Assembly (NCBI GenBank): GCA_039621445.1
Contig: CP154954.1
Location: 3,353,715 to 3,417,714, forward strand
Reading direction: 5' to 3'
Origin: Euglena gracilis
Taxonomy: Eukaryota
DNA: 64,000 bases
In this document: piece after piece, positions 47,373-60,021 of the stretch
How positions within the stretch are numbered: position 1 is the stretch's first letter
Layout: every line of letters starts with the position of its first letter
Notes under the pieces: generated by a model
What the model was told of the DNA's origin: nothing
Seen by the model: the letters and a program-made list of their open reading frames with translations, nothing else
Databases searched by the model: none
Position numbers and translations under genes: made by a program

Positions 47373-49058
47373 GGGTTTTCGGGACGCGGGGGGGACGCGG
47401 GGGGGGACGCGGGGGGGGGGGGGGCGGGGGGGGGGGCCGCGGGCAGAACACCTTCGGGATGTTGTTTAACGTAACCCCCCCCTATTTGTCACCCCCCCTG
47501 ATAGTCGCCCCCCCTTGGTGGGGCGACAATTAGGGGGGGTTACCCATGGACCCACGGAAATGTAGGGTAAATTGAATACCTTCCCTAATTGTCGCCCCCC
47601 CCCCCAATAGTCGCCAAGGGGGTCAAAACGCTCCGGGGGGGTGCCATATAGGGGGGAAGGGGGGTCACGTTACCATGCCCCCCCCGAGCTATTCACGTCC
47701 ACAGGACCCTTTACGGCCCAATGGGAACAGTACGGGGGGGGGAACAGCTAGGGGGCGGGGACAGAGGTATTCCCATACCCGACCCTCGAGCAACCCAAAA
47801 GGGCTCATTTTGGCAACTGTTTTGGATGCTCGCAAAAAATGGTCAATTTTATGCACATTTGCCAAAAGGTGATTTTTGAAAATGGTCCAAAAACGTCGAT
47901 TTTTGACCACTTTCTTAGGAAGTTCTTTATAAAAAGTGCTATGACAGTGAGCTATTCCCGTACCCCCAATGGGAATAGCTCGGGGGGGGGATAGCTCGGG
48001 GGGGGGGGGGCATGGTATAGATGGACAAAATCCAACCTACCCCCACCCCTATTGTCCGCCTGGCCGACGGGGGATTTTTTTGGCTCGGCCAATGAAATTC
48101 CTTTGGTACCCCCATATTGTCCGGTCGGGCCTCCCGGGGGGAGGTCGGTGGGACAATAAGGGCGGGGGGGGGGGGGGGGTAAATTTCCATCATTGACGAA
48201 GGGAGGCAAAAAAAATAATGGTCTGTATGACTCTGGCACAGACTGCAGCATGGACTTCCTTCGGAACGTCGTGAAGACAAAATGGGAAAAGTGGACAGGT
48301 TATGGGGCACTGCAGGCATTGTGGAAAAAGTACGGCCCCAAAGAATTTTTTTGGACAAGAGCTCGGGCTCGCAGATGGGGCGTACAGTGGCAACTGCAGC
48401 CTGGTTGGCCCTTTCGGAAACCCCCCAACAAGGCTCTTCCCACCGCAAGCATTGTTCGGCATTGAAAAAAATCTGCGAAAAACATGGCGCAAATCGGGAC
48501 GCGGGGGGACGCGGGGGGGATGCGGGGGGGACGCGGGGAGAAAACCCCCAAAGTATTGGGTTTACCGATCAAAAACCGGGTGGAACAGGCTTGCCGAGCC
48601 CAGGGTTAAAAAGTGGAAATTTTCTGCGCCGGATTTAGAGGGAAAGGTTTTCATGCCCTTGGGCTTCAACTGTCATCTGCTCTGCCCTCAACGTGTAGAT
48701 TTCCATTTGCGACCCACACTGCCCTTACCGAAAAGTGCAAAGGGTATTTCCCCCGACTCGGGGGCGGCGCCGGCGGGGGAGGGAGCCGGCGGGGGCAAGT
48801 AAGCTTAGGCACCAAAAGAGGAGGAGGCACCCCAGCCACGGCCAGCCGCGGCTAGCCATGGCTGGTGGCTGGAAAAAAATAGGAGGAGGAGGTCTGGCTG
48901 GTGGCTGGAGAGAAAAAGAGGAGGAGGGGGTCTGGCTGGTATCTGACTGGCCGTGGGGCCTCCTATATACTATACTATATACTACACTATATACTATACT
49001 ATATACTACTATATATATAGTATATAGTATATAGTATACTATACTGTATACTATACTA

Positions 49059-50842
49059 TGGGGGCGGCTGGCCGTCCGTCCGTCCGAGCCGTCCGGACCT
49101 CTTCAGCCGGACCAATGCTGAACGCCCAGCCTTCCGTCCGGACGAAGCATTTTTTCGCCAGCCGTCCGTCCAGCCGGACCTATGTCTGTCTTGCCAGCCG
49201 GCCGGACCAAAATAAAATTTTTCCTTGCTGTCGAAAAAGCAGTCACGGCTTCCCTCCACTCTTCGCGTCAAATCAAGATGGCCGCGGCTGGGGCGCCTCC
49301 ACCTTTAGTGGCCTAAAAAATTATATAGGGCACGACGCAATCTCGGTTTCATCCACCGCGGCGGATTAGTCAACAGCACCAAAAGACTGCGCCGGAAGAA
49401 CTGGAATAGGGGGTAAGTCGACCCAGATTGGGCCAGATGTTCATCCAGTTTTGGGCTAGATGTGGTGGCCAGTTTTGGGCCACAGGATTCTCTCAGAAAG
49501 GAGTTGTTTGGGTACCATTCTCTTGGAAAGGGGGGGGCAGAAAAGCGTTTTGTTTCCTTTTTTTGGGCAAAATATGTGTTGTTCAACGAGAAAAATGTCA
49601 GTGAAATTTGACTGTGCCAAAAGTTTGTTTACTTTATTGACCCCCTCCTCAAAAGTATGAGTTTTTAGGACGGAAAATTTTGAGGTTTTTTGTGAAAAAA
49701 GTCTTTTTTCCATCAAAAATCACGTGTTTTTGGGTTTTATTTTTCAAAAAACTTTTCTGGGCAAAATCCCCGTTTTCCCGAAAACGGTGAAAATGTTGTG
49801 GCCCAAAAAAAAGCCATGACATCGCAAAAAATGTGAAATGGAAAATTTTGGCCGTTTGCCAGATTGAAAAACTTCTCCCAATTTTGGTTTCCAAGAACAT
49901 TTGTCGAACAGCATAACAAGAACAATAAAGAACGCAAGAAACAAAAATGGAAGTTTCAGAAGAAAACCAGCATCTAAGGACAAAATGTCTGTGCAGTCTC
50001 TCTTCAGACTTCTGATCCAAGTAGCAAGTACCAAGCAGAAAATAAGTAGACCCACCAAGGGCCTGTCACCGTGTTGCAGGCAGGCCTCTGCTCGCTCGAA
50101 TGTGTATTTGTTCAGAGCAAAGGCCTGCATGTGGTGATGTGCCCTTTCCACAAAGCAATAAGTTCCTGTAAATTCACTTCATTTCAGCACCCTGTACTAT
50201 CATCATAGCCATCCCACACCTCTTCCACCCGAAACGGCATTGTGACACTGAAGGAGAACGATTGGGAATGCAAGCATTTTTTTGCGTGTGGTGATTCATA
50301 ATTTCTTCAGAGGAAGCGCAGGCTAAATGAAGATGGACGAAGAAAGTTTCGAACACCAAATCTCGAAAAAATACCACATTTTGAATGTTGTAGTATGCAA
50401 ATTTCTTCTGTTCTGGTTAATTTGATTCATAGGGCACATCAAAGATGGACTGGTCCTTTTCCTCTTTTGATATTTCAATGTGTATCGTGCACACAGTATA
50501 ATTGGTGTGGCATGCAGTTCGCAACCGTGAGCTCGCGGGTTCAAATGCCGCTGTGTGCAAGTTTTCATCATTGTAAAATGTCTTTTTTTGCACCGAGCAC
50601 CCATAATTAGGACTTCCCAGTTCGCGACAAGAACAAAAAAAAGCCACATGCGCTTCCAAAGACCCAGCCGGCAAGTGGGCCAGCCGGCCAGCCGGCCAGC
50701 CGGCCAGCCGGCTAGCCGGCTAGCCGGCTAGCTGGACCAACTGCATTTTCTTCAGCCGTCTGGACCAAGGCCACAACTTCAGCCGTCCGTCCGCACCTTC
50801 GCTTTTTTCACCAGCCGTCCGTCCGTCCGTCCGTCCGCCTCC
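49059..50842. mobile_element. TA-flanked element with (CCGT)n-rich ends; inverted relative at 58413-60022
   Basis: 49059-49270 is the reverse complement of 59815-60022; 50650-50840 of 58418-58592. Confidence 0.75.
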
Positions 50843-51812
50843 TATGTACTATACTATAACGTGACCCCCCCTATTTGTCACCCCTCCCTGATAGGGGGGG
50901 TACATATGGGGGGGCATGGTGGTATAGTATAGTTTAGCATAGCATATAGTATAGTACCATGCACCCCCCCTAGCTATCCCCCCCCGAGCTATTCCCATTG
51001 GGGGTACGGGAATAGCTCACTGTCATAGCACTTTTTATAAAGAACTTCCAAAGAAAGTGGTCAAAAATGGAAGTTTTTGGACCATTTTCAAAAATCACCT
51101 TTTGGCAAATGTGCACAAAATTGACTATTTTTTGTGAACATCCAAAAAGTTGCCAAAATGACCCCTTTTGGGTTGCCCGAGGGTCGGGTATGGGAATAGC
51201 TCGGGGGGGGACCTAGGTCCCCCCCCCGAGCTGTCCCCCCCCGTACTGTTACCATTAGGCCGGAAAGGGTCCCGGGACGGGAATAGCTCGGGTCGGGGGG
51301 CATGGTATATAGTATAGCATATAGTATAGTGTATAGTATGCATATAGGGGGGTCGGCACGCCGTGGCGAGCCGTCCGGCTAGGGGGGGGGGAGGTGGGTT
51401 TTTGGCATGGCGAGGGGGTCCCGGATGGGGGGCAAGGGGTGCGCGGGAGTTTTCCAAGAAAATTTTCTTTGGCGCGGCTGACATGGCGTGGCGAGGGGGT
51501 CTGAAAAGGGGGGGGGGGAGGGGGGGTAAAATGGCGTGGCGAGGGGGTCGGTGAGGGGGGGGGGGAAGGGGTGTGCCCCCATACCCCCCATAGTAGAGTA
51601 ACGTGACCCCCCCCTATATGGCACCCCCCCGGGAGCGTATTGACCCCCCCTGGCGACTATAAGGGGGGGTGACAATTAGGGGGGGGTTACTCAATTCACC
51701 CCACATTTCCATGGGTCCATGGGCAACCCCCCCCTAATTGTCGCCCCCCCAAGGGGGCATTTTCTGGGGGGGAGGTACATCATGGGGGGGTACAATATGG
51801 GGGGGGGCCAAG

Positions 51813-54800
51813 TGTTGGGGGCCGGGGACCCGCCTCGCCCGGGGGGGCTGCTTTCGCTGGGGCTGCAACCACTTTTTTCTGGCCCTGGAGGGCTCAGGCC
51901 AGGGCCTTTGTGAAATTGTGCCCCATTTTCGAACATGTCAACAGGTGGTAAAGGGGGTGAGGTGTGCCCCCCCGACCCGGGGTCCCCAGTTGCCCCGCGT
52001 AGGATCTTTTTTTGCCACCATTGTTGGTTTTTTCCCATTTCTTCAACTTTGAACTTTCAGGATGAAATTCAACAATGACAGACCAACCCACCTACTTAGG
52101 ATCAAACAGCAGAGCACAACAAACCTGGGACTTGAGAGGGTGGGCAAGTACCTTTGAGTTCAGGTATTGAGTGGGAAAAAGATGTGGAAATGAATGCCTT
52201 GGCTTCTTGGAATAATTGAATAAATCCTTTTGATTCTTCAATTCTCAATGGACGTTTCTGCTTTTGTGATTCTCAAATCGAATTCTCAAATTCTTTCTGG
52301 AATTTGCTGGGGTTCCAATTCCACTCGCGTGGCGGTTGACTTGCTTTGGTGGTTCCTACTGGGGGTTTTTGGGAATTTTCTGGGGATTTTTTGGCTGCCG
52401 ACGCCAGCGGCAGCCGACACCCCCTCCCTTGCGACGTTAGTCGGACCCGTTTTTCTGCCCCCCCCCCCCCGAACAAAAACGGGGAGAGTGAAATTGATTT
52501 TTTTTTGTGGGGGGCGAAAATTCTGTGTTTTTTTTTTGAAACGGGTCCTGTCGCTTTTTTTTAAAAAAAATCTGTGTTACGAGTCTGACCCCCCCCCCAG
52601 CCATAATATCGGGCACCTTGGGGGACTCTGAAAAATCAGGTCTACGGGGGAAGCCCCCCCCCACCCCTTTCCTCCGACAAGCATGGGGAACGGGTCTTTG
52701 AACACAAAATCTGAAAACCGATTCCAAACGAAACAAACTCTGGGCACTCCACCCCAAGGCCTAAGTCCCACGCCGCCCCTCTTGGTCAAAATTCTTTGTT
52801 ATTTTTTTTTGGCAGCTTTCAATATGTGAGACTTCATTCGATTTCGATTTTTTAAAAAATCAGGGACTTTGGCCAACAGTGCCTCAGAAAATGACTTATG
52901 TGGGGAAAGAAAAAGAGAAACCCAGGCATTCCTTTCCAATTCAGGACAGAAAGGGTAAGGAAAAGGCAACGGTAAGCAAATGCGAAGAGGTGCGTGGGTG
53001 AGCGGTTATAAGGCGGGAATAGTGTACAATGGGTGTGCGGGTTCGTGTGCATGTGCGGTTGTGTGTTTTGTGTGTATGCACGCTCACTTCCTTGTCATGC
53101 ATTCCAACCGAAAATGACTGGGCCGAATTTTTTTTTTTTGAACGCAAAGAGAACAGGGCTTCACATTGGCCCTCAGCCACCATATCACAGGGCTTTAGTG
53201 CCCACGTGGCTGGAATTTTTTTTTTTTCATTGGCCCACACCAGGGCCTATGGACGGAGGAGGGGTCATCTCCGGTCCAGGGTCCCCCCCCCCTGAGTTTG
53301 GATGCCTCCAAGCTGTGTTCCATGGAAAATATGCCTTTGACGAATATCCAATAGTCCAAGCCGAATCAAAAAACTGAGTTTTAAAACTCCAACTCGTTTT
53401 GTCGTCCACCAGAAAAATTATCAAAATCCCAGGTTTTCTCCAACTCTTTGTGTAAAAATCCTCCCAGAAACAAAAAATCCTCAAAAAAAAATCAAAAATC
53501 TGAGTCCAACCCACAAATCCAGGGCCTTCAAAAGCCCTCAACATAGTCCAATCGGGAATTCTAACCTGCCACATACAACAAACAAAGTCCAACCGAGAGC
53601 AACCAACCCAACAGAAGCAACATGGAACAGCATACCGAGGGGTCAGGCCAATCCAGCCCAACCGTGGGTCCAACTGATTCACTGGAGCCGTAAAACCAAC
53701 AAATCCGGCTTGCCAATTAAAATTCACTGCCCCCCCCCCCCCAATCACACGGGGCAATGGGGGTCAAATGGTCAAATGACATGGCAAACTCAAAAATACT
53801 GAAAATTCAAATCCAATTTTCTCAGCCAAAGCGATTTTTCGCTGCCCCCCCCCCCAGTCACATGGGGCCATGGGGGGTCAATCTGGCTTCCGCCTCCAAA
53901 CAAAAAATAAATTCACAAACCTGGGCCGTAATGTCCCAACCGGCTGAAATCAAACTGAAATCCACCACCTGTCAAAGGATGGGTCGTCACAATGTCGCCC
54001 CCCCCCCCACCGTCAACCAATGCGGGGAGGGCCACGGGTTAAAAATTCCTGGCTGCAAAATCAGAATCCCCATTCGACAAATAAAATGGGAAAAATGGAA
54101 ATTTCATCAAACCCCGTCACAATCTGGGGTGTGACCAAAAACTGTCACGGTCACAAAATGATGCATTCCTGTCCCCACCCAAACGTCTCACAGGGTATCC
54201 AATTCTGAGTCAAAAAATTCCAACCGTAAATTCCAAACTGATTTTGATCCAGCACACCAACAAAAAACAGGGCTCAACACAGCCCCCCCCCCCCAGCTGC
54301 ACGAGGAGGGGAGAAAAACTGGCTCCAAATCACATGCGAAATTCTGAGACCCAAAAACATGAAAAATCTGATTCAGCGCTGTGGGAGCAGCCAACCTGGG
54401 CCTGGACCTGGGCTTTGGCCGTGCATCGGGCCACTGCCCACTGCAGGCTCTTTGGGGTCAGCCATTACGCTTCTCTCCCCAGCAGTAAATGACAATGTAA
54501 TAATTGAGTCAAATTGTGATTGTAAAATGTCATTGAAATTGTTCTCTCATTCCAATGCAAATCCCAGTCTTTGAAGTCATTCAAACTGTTGCAACTTGAA
54601 TCAATTGAAAATCATAATCTTTGTCATTTTTTGTCACTCTTGTCTGTTTTGCTCCTTCTGTTGATTCTCCTTGCTCGGTGATTGATTGCTTGAACCTGCA
54701 TGACAAGGCAACACACACGCACAAATTCACCACTGGCAACACAGAAGGCAGATTTCTGAATTTTCTCACTGAACCGAACCTGAAAATGCCACTGAATTCT

Positions 54801-57585
54801 GAACCGAAACGGCACTTAAAATCTGATCTTAATCCATCAAATGGGTCACACGAAAACTGTGTATGCAAGTCTCAAACTGTAAAAATTGCCCTTAGGAGTT
54901 TTGCATTGTGAGGCCTCATGTGATTCTCCCTTAAGCAGACTCCTACAGCTGAAAAAAATGCAACAGAAAGTGTTACCCACAGATCAACAGATTTTTCACT
55001 GAAAAACTGAACTGAATGATGATGATGCCACTGATGGGCCCAAAAATGGACTTACCTCAGGGGTGTCTTTTCCTCCTGGGTTTATCCACCTTGGTTCCCA
55101 CTGACTGAAAATTGAAACCTTTCCTGAGCCCTTAGATGGGTGGCCACAGGGGTGTTTATTCCTGGCCTGGGTCTAGCCCCACCCTTGGAACCCCTCTTTG
55201 CGCGCTTTCCAAAAAACTTTTTGGTTCGAGTGGTCCATCGGAGGTCTCCCCCCTCCTCAGGATTTGGCAAAAACCCAGATAAAACCTGCCACAGGACTGC
55301 TGGGCTGCCACACTCGAAAACCACAATAAAACTGGACTGAAAAATCCCAAAAAAACTGTGCCGATTCTCCAACATATGTCCCTGTCCGGGGGTAAGTTTC
55401 TCTCTGGAAAAACTGTCCCGTGACAAAAAGGACCAGCAAAAACACAAACAATGATCCCACCTGAAATGCCTGATTTGTCCCCGTCTGGGATGGTGACACA
55501 TGTCAATGCCGTGCCCCACCCCAAATGACATTCGGGACAAGAACCGAAAACTGAAAATTCTGAAACTGAAAATCATGATCTGGCTGCCTGAACACTAGGA
55601 GAAAAATCCCAAGCATCGTGGCTGGGCGTCTCCATTTAAGTGGAAGGCAACTGGGGAAAAAACATGTACCCCAGAAACCAGATTCAAAATCTTTGACTTG
55701 GCTGTTTTTCCATAAGCCAAACTCTGTGAACTGAAAATCCAGATTTAAATTCTGGCTGATTGCGCATCTGCCTCCAACACCAGATCACCAAAAGAATTAT
55801 GAAACAACAATCACAAAGCCACAAACAAACCACAAAAACACACTAATCACTGTAAAGTGTTGTGCGGTGCCAGTCAGTGGTTAGACCTGTGCTGAAAGAA
55901 AATTCACCACCACCATTGATACGGTGGAAACCACCCCCAGGTGTTCCAGGGATTTAAATGCCAGTCCCAACCCCACCAATCGTGATGCCAACTTGGTCTT
56001 AAAAACTGAAAGTCGTTCCAACTGTTGGCAGGCCTCCAGAATTTTTTTGTCTGTCTGAATTTTCTTGGCTGTGTGGCAAAACCTGAGGAAGATTTTTCAG
56101 AAGACACTGAAGACGGCTGCAAATTTGTGACATGTCCAGAATTCAGATTCACAGGCACAAAATTTTCTGGACTTTGCAATTTAAGTTCACTGGGCTGTAA
56201 CTTTTCAGCGATTTGTAGTTCAAGCATTTTCAGCCGTTCCTCCAGAATCTTTTCTTCACTCTCCAGCCGTTTTGACAGAGCCTCGCCCTTCTCACACAGG
56301 GACTGGATGCTTTCAGAAAAACGATTTTCAATTTCACTGCAAGTTCGTGTGTAAAGGTCATGAAAACTATCTGCCAAATTTCTCAGACGGGTTTCAATTT
56401 CAGCCATCCGTCCCTCCAAGTAGCTGGACTCACTTTGGCTGGGCACTTCCTCCAGTTTCGTCAGTCTCTCGTTCAGGGAAAAAGTGTTTGAAAATAATTC
56501 TGTGATACCTGCCTCAACTTTTTGCCACCACTCATCCCAAGGGTCATTAAAAGTTTCAGGTTTTGTGACCTCTGAAGTTTCCACACTGTCTGATTTAACA
56601 CTCACCTGTCCTGATTCAGATTCACACGCCACACCTCTGATGTGCAAAACATTTGGACAAGCAAAACTCTCTGGTTTAACTTCAGGTTCTCTTGGCAGTG
56701 ACCTTGTTGGGCTTACCCCTGACGCTTTACAAGATTGACATGGAGAAGATGAGTCAGGGCCATGAGAATGTCCAATGGCTGCTTCACATCTGAGTTTCCA
56801 AAACTCCCTCTGAGATGCCAGATATTCAGCCTCCCTTTTTCTTTGTTCCTCTGTTTGGGTATCACTAAATTCAATTCCCAACAATTTGAATTGGTCACAG
56901 TATTCTTTTATTTCTTTTTCATCAACGGAATCTAAAAATTCTTCACTGACAGAGTCAGTGAAGCCACCTCTGCGTACCATGTTGGGGGCCGGGGACCCGC
57001 CTCGCCCGGGGGGGCTGCTTTCGCTGGGGCTGCAACCACTTTTTTCTGGCCCTGGAGGGCTCAGGCCAGGGCCTTTGTGAAATTGTGCCCCATTTTCGAA
57101 CATGTCAACAGGTGGTAAAGGGGGTGAGGTGTGCACCCCCGACCCGGGGTCCCCAGTTGCCCCGCGTAGGATCTTTTTTTGCCACCATTGTTGGTTTTTT
57201 CCCATTTCTTCAACTTTGAACTTTCAGGATGAAATTCAACAATGACAGACCAACCCACCTACTTAGGATCAAACAGCAGAGCACAACAAACCTGGGACTT
57301 GAGAGGGTGGGCAAGTACCTTTGAGTCAGGTATTGAGTGGGAAAAAGATGTGGAAATGAATGCCTTGGCTTCTTGGAATAATTGAATAAATCCTTTTGAT
57401 TCTTCAATTCTCAATGGACTTTTCTGCTTTTGAGATTCTCAAATCGAATTCTCAAATTCTTTCTGGAATTTGCTGGGGTTCCAATTCCACTCGCGTGGCG
57501 GTTGACTTGCTTTGGTGGTTCCTACTGGGGGTTTTTGGGAATTTTCTGGGGAATTTTTGGCTGCCGACGCCAGCGGCAGCCGACA
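51813..57585 (-). mobile_element. LTR retrotransposon, apparently non-autonomous
   Basis: LTRs 51813-52419 and 56980-57585 (TG...CA, near-identical), TSD CAAG, PBS TGGTACGCAGAG, PPT AAGGGAGGGGG; no pol motifs seen. Confidence 0.92.
55904..57205 (-). CDS. ORF of the LTR element (gag position; coiled-coil, Trp-rich tail)
   Basis: 433-aa open frame starting in the 5' LTR; alternative ATG at the LTR/PBS junction; heptad-like E/L-rich segment. Confidence 0.65.
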   Translation of the reverse strand: MGKNQQWWQKKILRGATGDPGSGVHTSPPLPPVDMFENGAQFHKGPGLSPPGPEKSGCSPSESSPPGRGGSPAPNMVRRGGFTDSVSEEFLDSVDEKEIKEYCDQFKLLGIEFSDTQTEEQRKREAEYLASQREFWKLRCEAAIGHSHGPDSSSPCQSCKASGVSPTRSLPREPEVKPESFACPNVLHIRGVACESESGQVSVKSDSVETSEVTKPETFNDPWDEWWQKVEAGITELFSNTFSLNERLTKLEEVPSQSESSYLEGRMAEIETRLRNLADSFHDLYTRTCSEIENRFSESIQSLCEKGEALSKRLESEEKILEERLKMLELQIAEKLQPSELKLQSPENFVPVNLNSGHVTNLQPSSVSSEKSSSGFATQPRKFRQTKKFWRPANSWNDFQFLRPSWHHDWWGWDWHLNPWNTWGWFPPYQWWW

Positions 57586-57804
57586 CAAGGTCATGGTCCA
57601 TGGTTGGGGGGTACCCCATGGGGGGGTACATTATGGGGGGGGGGTACAATATGGGGGGCTGGCATGGTATATACTATACTACATACGATACTATACTGGC
57701 ATTGGGAAAATTTCCGAAATTCAGTTTAATTTCCGGAAATTGGAAACTTCCAGAAATTTCCGGAAATTTCAAGAATCCCGAAATTAGGATTTTTTGACCC
57801 AAAT

Positions 57805-58120
57805 TCTCTTCTCCCCAGATGCCAAGGCTACAAAGTGGACTTCAACTTTATAAATGACGTTATGGGAAAGTCATTGACTTCAACACTGTGACAACCTGCC
57901 ACAGATGAGGCGAAAGAAAGTGGAGGAGATATTGGTGAAAACTTTGAGTCGGATTTGCATTGTCAAGCTCCCCATGACAAAGGTTTGCCAAACAATTCTG
58001 CCAGTGAATGTTCATTTTTCTCTGCTATAAATCTCACAGTTGTTGAAGTTTATTGGAAGGACATGATGATGAGTCATTGGAAAGATTGATAATCTGGACC
58101 TGAGCATGTCCCTGCAAAAC
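57805..58120 (+). pseudogene. Possible hAT transposase relic
   Basis: ATKWTST (TRWNS-like), LPNNSASECSF and SLERL (dimerization-domain-like) with stops and frameshifts. Confidence 0.4.
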
Positions 58121-59325
58121 TGCTCCATTTTGTATTCGTTGCGGAGACAACGTTTGTATTTTCTGATTCTTGTAGCTGTGACTAGAAGCTGGAAGGTTTC
58201 GTTTGTCCGTCCTTTTTGTTTGCAAAATGGTGTTCTGGTGCATTCTGATGTTGTTTTGGTGGCCAGTTTTGGGCTGGACCCAAAACTGGGCAGCACATCT
58301 GGCCCAAAACTGGCCAGCAAATCTGGCCAGTTTTGGGCCCGATGTGCTGCCCAATTTTGGGTGGCCAATTTTGGGCCACAGGTCGTGGCAGTTTTGGACC
58401 ACAGGGGGTGTCTGGGGGGCGGACGGACGGACGGACGGACGGCTGGTGAAAAAAGCGAAGGTCCGGACGGACGGCTGACCTTGTGGGCTTGGTCCAGACG
58501 GCTGAAGAAAATGCACTTGGTCCAGCTAGCCGGCTGGCCGGCTGGCCGGCTGGCCGGCTGGCTGGCTGGCCGGCCGGGTCTTTGGAAGCGCAGGCGTCGC
58601 AGTGCACGCGACTCTGGGCAGATATATACCAATTTTGCCATGGTCTCTGTGAGGCCACGCAACTGTGCGGACGGACGGACGGACGGACGGACGGCTAGAG
58701 AAAATTCCATTCATCACGCGCGGACGGAAAGTGAAGGTTTTCTTCTGGACATTTATGTGACATCTTTCATGCTACATCTGGCACATTTCATTGTTCATAT
58801 TTTGGATGATGAATGGGAGCCACAGGGATTTAGTTCATGATTGAGTAAATGATGCTCATTTGGTTCATTTTACACAGGACATTGAGATTAAGACAGAGTT
58901 GATTTCAATGGAAAGAATTCAAGTCAAAGACTCAATTAACAAAGTGGATTTGAATTGAAAGAAGTTTTGAGACTGACCAAGTGTTTTGAAGTCAGTTGAA
59001 GGTGTGCCTTTTTTTCAAATGAGAAGTTTGTTGAAGATGCTTGAAGGCTCCTTTGCAAGCAACGGTTCCACCTTAATTGGTTTGTGCGACCTTGATTTTT
59101 CTGTTGTCCATGTTCTTGTGTGTTAGTTTTAAGTTTTTGAAGCTTTTTTGATGAAATTTGTGATGGTCAGTTTTGGACCGGTGGGTGATTTTGTTCCAAA
59201 AAAATAGCCAAAAATGGCCAAAAACGGGCAGTTTTTGCCACTTTTTGGGGGGTCACACGCACAAGTCGACATCTCTCTATTTATGAAAATAATTTTCATA
59301 AAAGTACACGGACGAGAATGGTATC

Positions 59326-59397
59326 GCCCCGTGGCATAGTGGTTGTGTGGTTAGCGTGTGACCGGTAGGTCGCGGGTTCGAATCCCGTTGGGGGGCA
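59326..59397 (+). tRNA. tRNA-like sequence (pseudo-tRNA or SINE head)
   Basis: A box TGGCATAGTGG, T arm GCGGG-TTCGAAT-CCCGT, acceptor GCCCC/GGGGC; D and anticodon arms poorly paired. Confidence 0.55.
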
Positions 59398-60021
59398 AAT
59401 ATGTGCTGTTCAACGAGAAAAATGTCAGTAAAATTTGACTGGGCCAAAAGTTTGTTTACTTTATTGACGTTCGTTTATTGCACCCCCCTCCTCAAAAGTA
59501 TGAGTTTTAAGGACGGAAAATTTTGAGGTCTTTTGTAAAAAAAAGTTTTTTTCCATCAAAAATCACGCGTTTTTGGGTTTTTTATTTTATTTTTATTATT
59601 TTTTCAAAAAAAATTTGGTTTCCCCGAAAACGGTGAAAACGTTGTGCTGGGTGTGGAGGGGTGTCGACTTACCCCCCCCTTCCGGTTCTTCCGGCGCAGT
59701 TTTTTGGTGCTGCCAAGAAATATGTTGCAAATGTTCATCCACCCGCAAAATAAATAGCCTCGTCTTGCGCAGCACCAGGAAAAACAGAAGGCAGGGACGA
59801 TTTCTTGATGTGACGCGACGAGTGGAGGGAGGCCGTGACTGCTTTTCGGAAGGAAGGCAATTTTTTTTTTTGGGTCTGGCCGGCTGGCAAGACAGACAGT
59901 GGTCCGGCTTGACGGACGGCTGGCGAAAAAATGCTTCGTCCGGACGGACGGCTGGGCGTCCAGCATTGGTCCGGCTGAAGAGGTCCGGACGGCTCGGACG
60001 GACGGACGGCAAGCCGCCCCC

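Noticed and set aside
49744-50377. Transposase remnant in the 49059-50842 element
   Set aside because: Only vague resemblance; frames broken.
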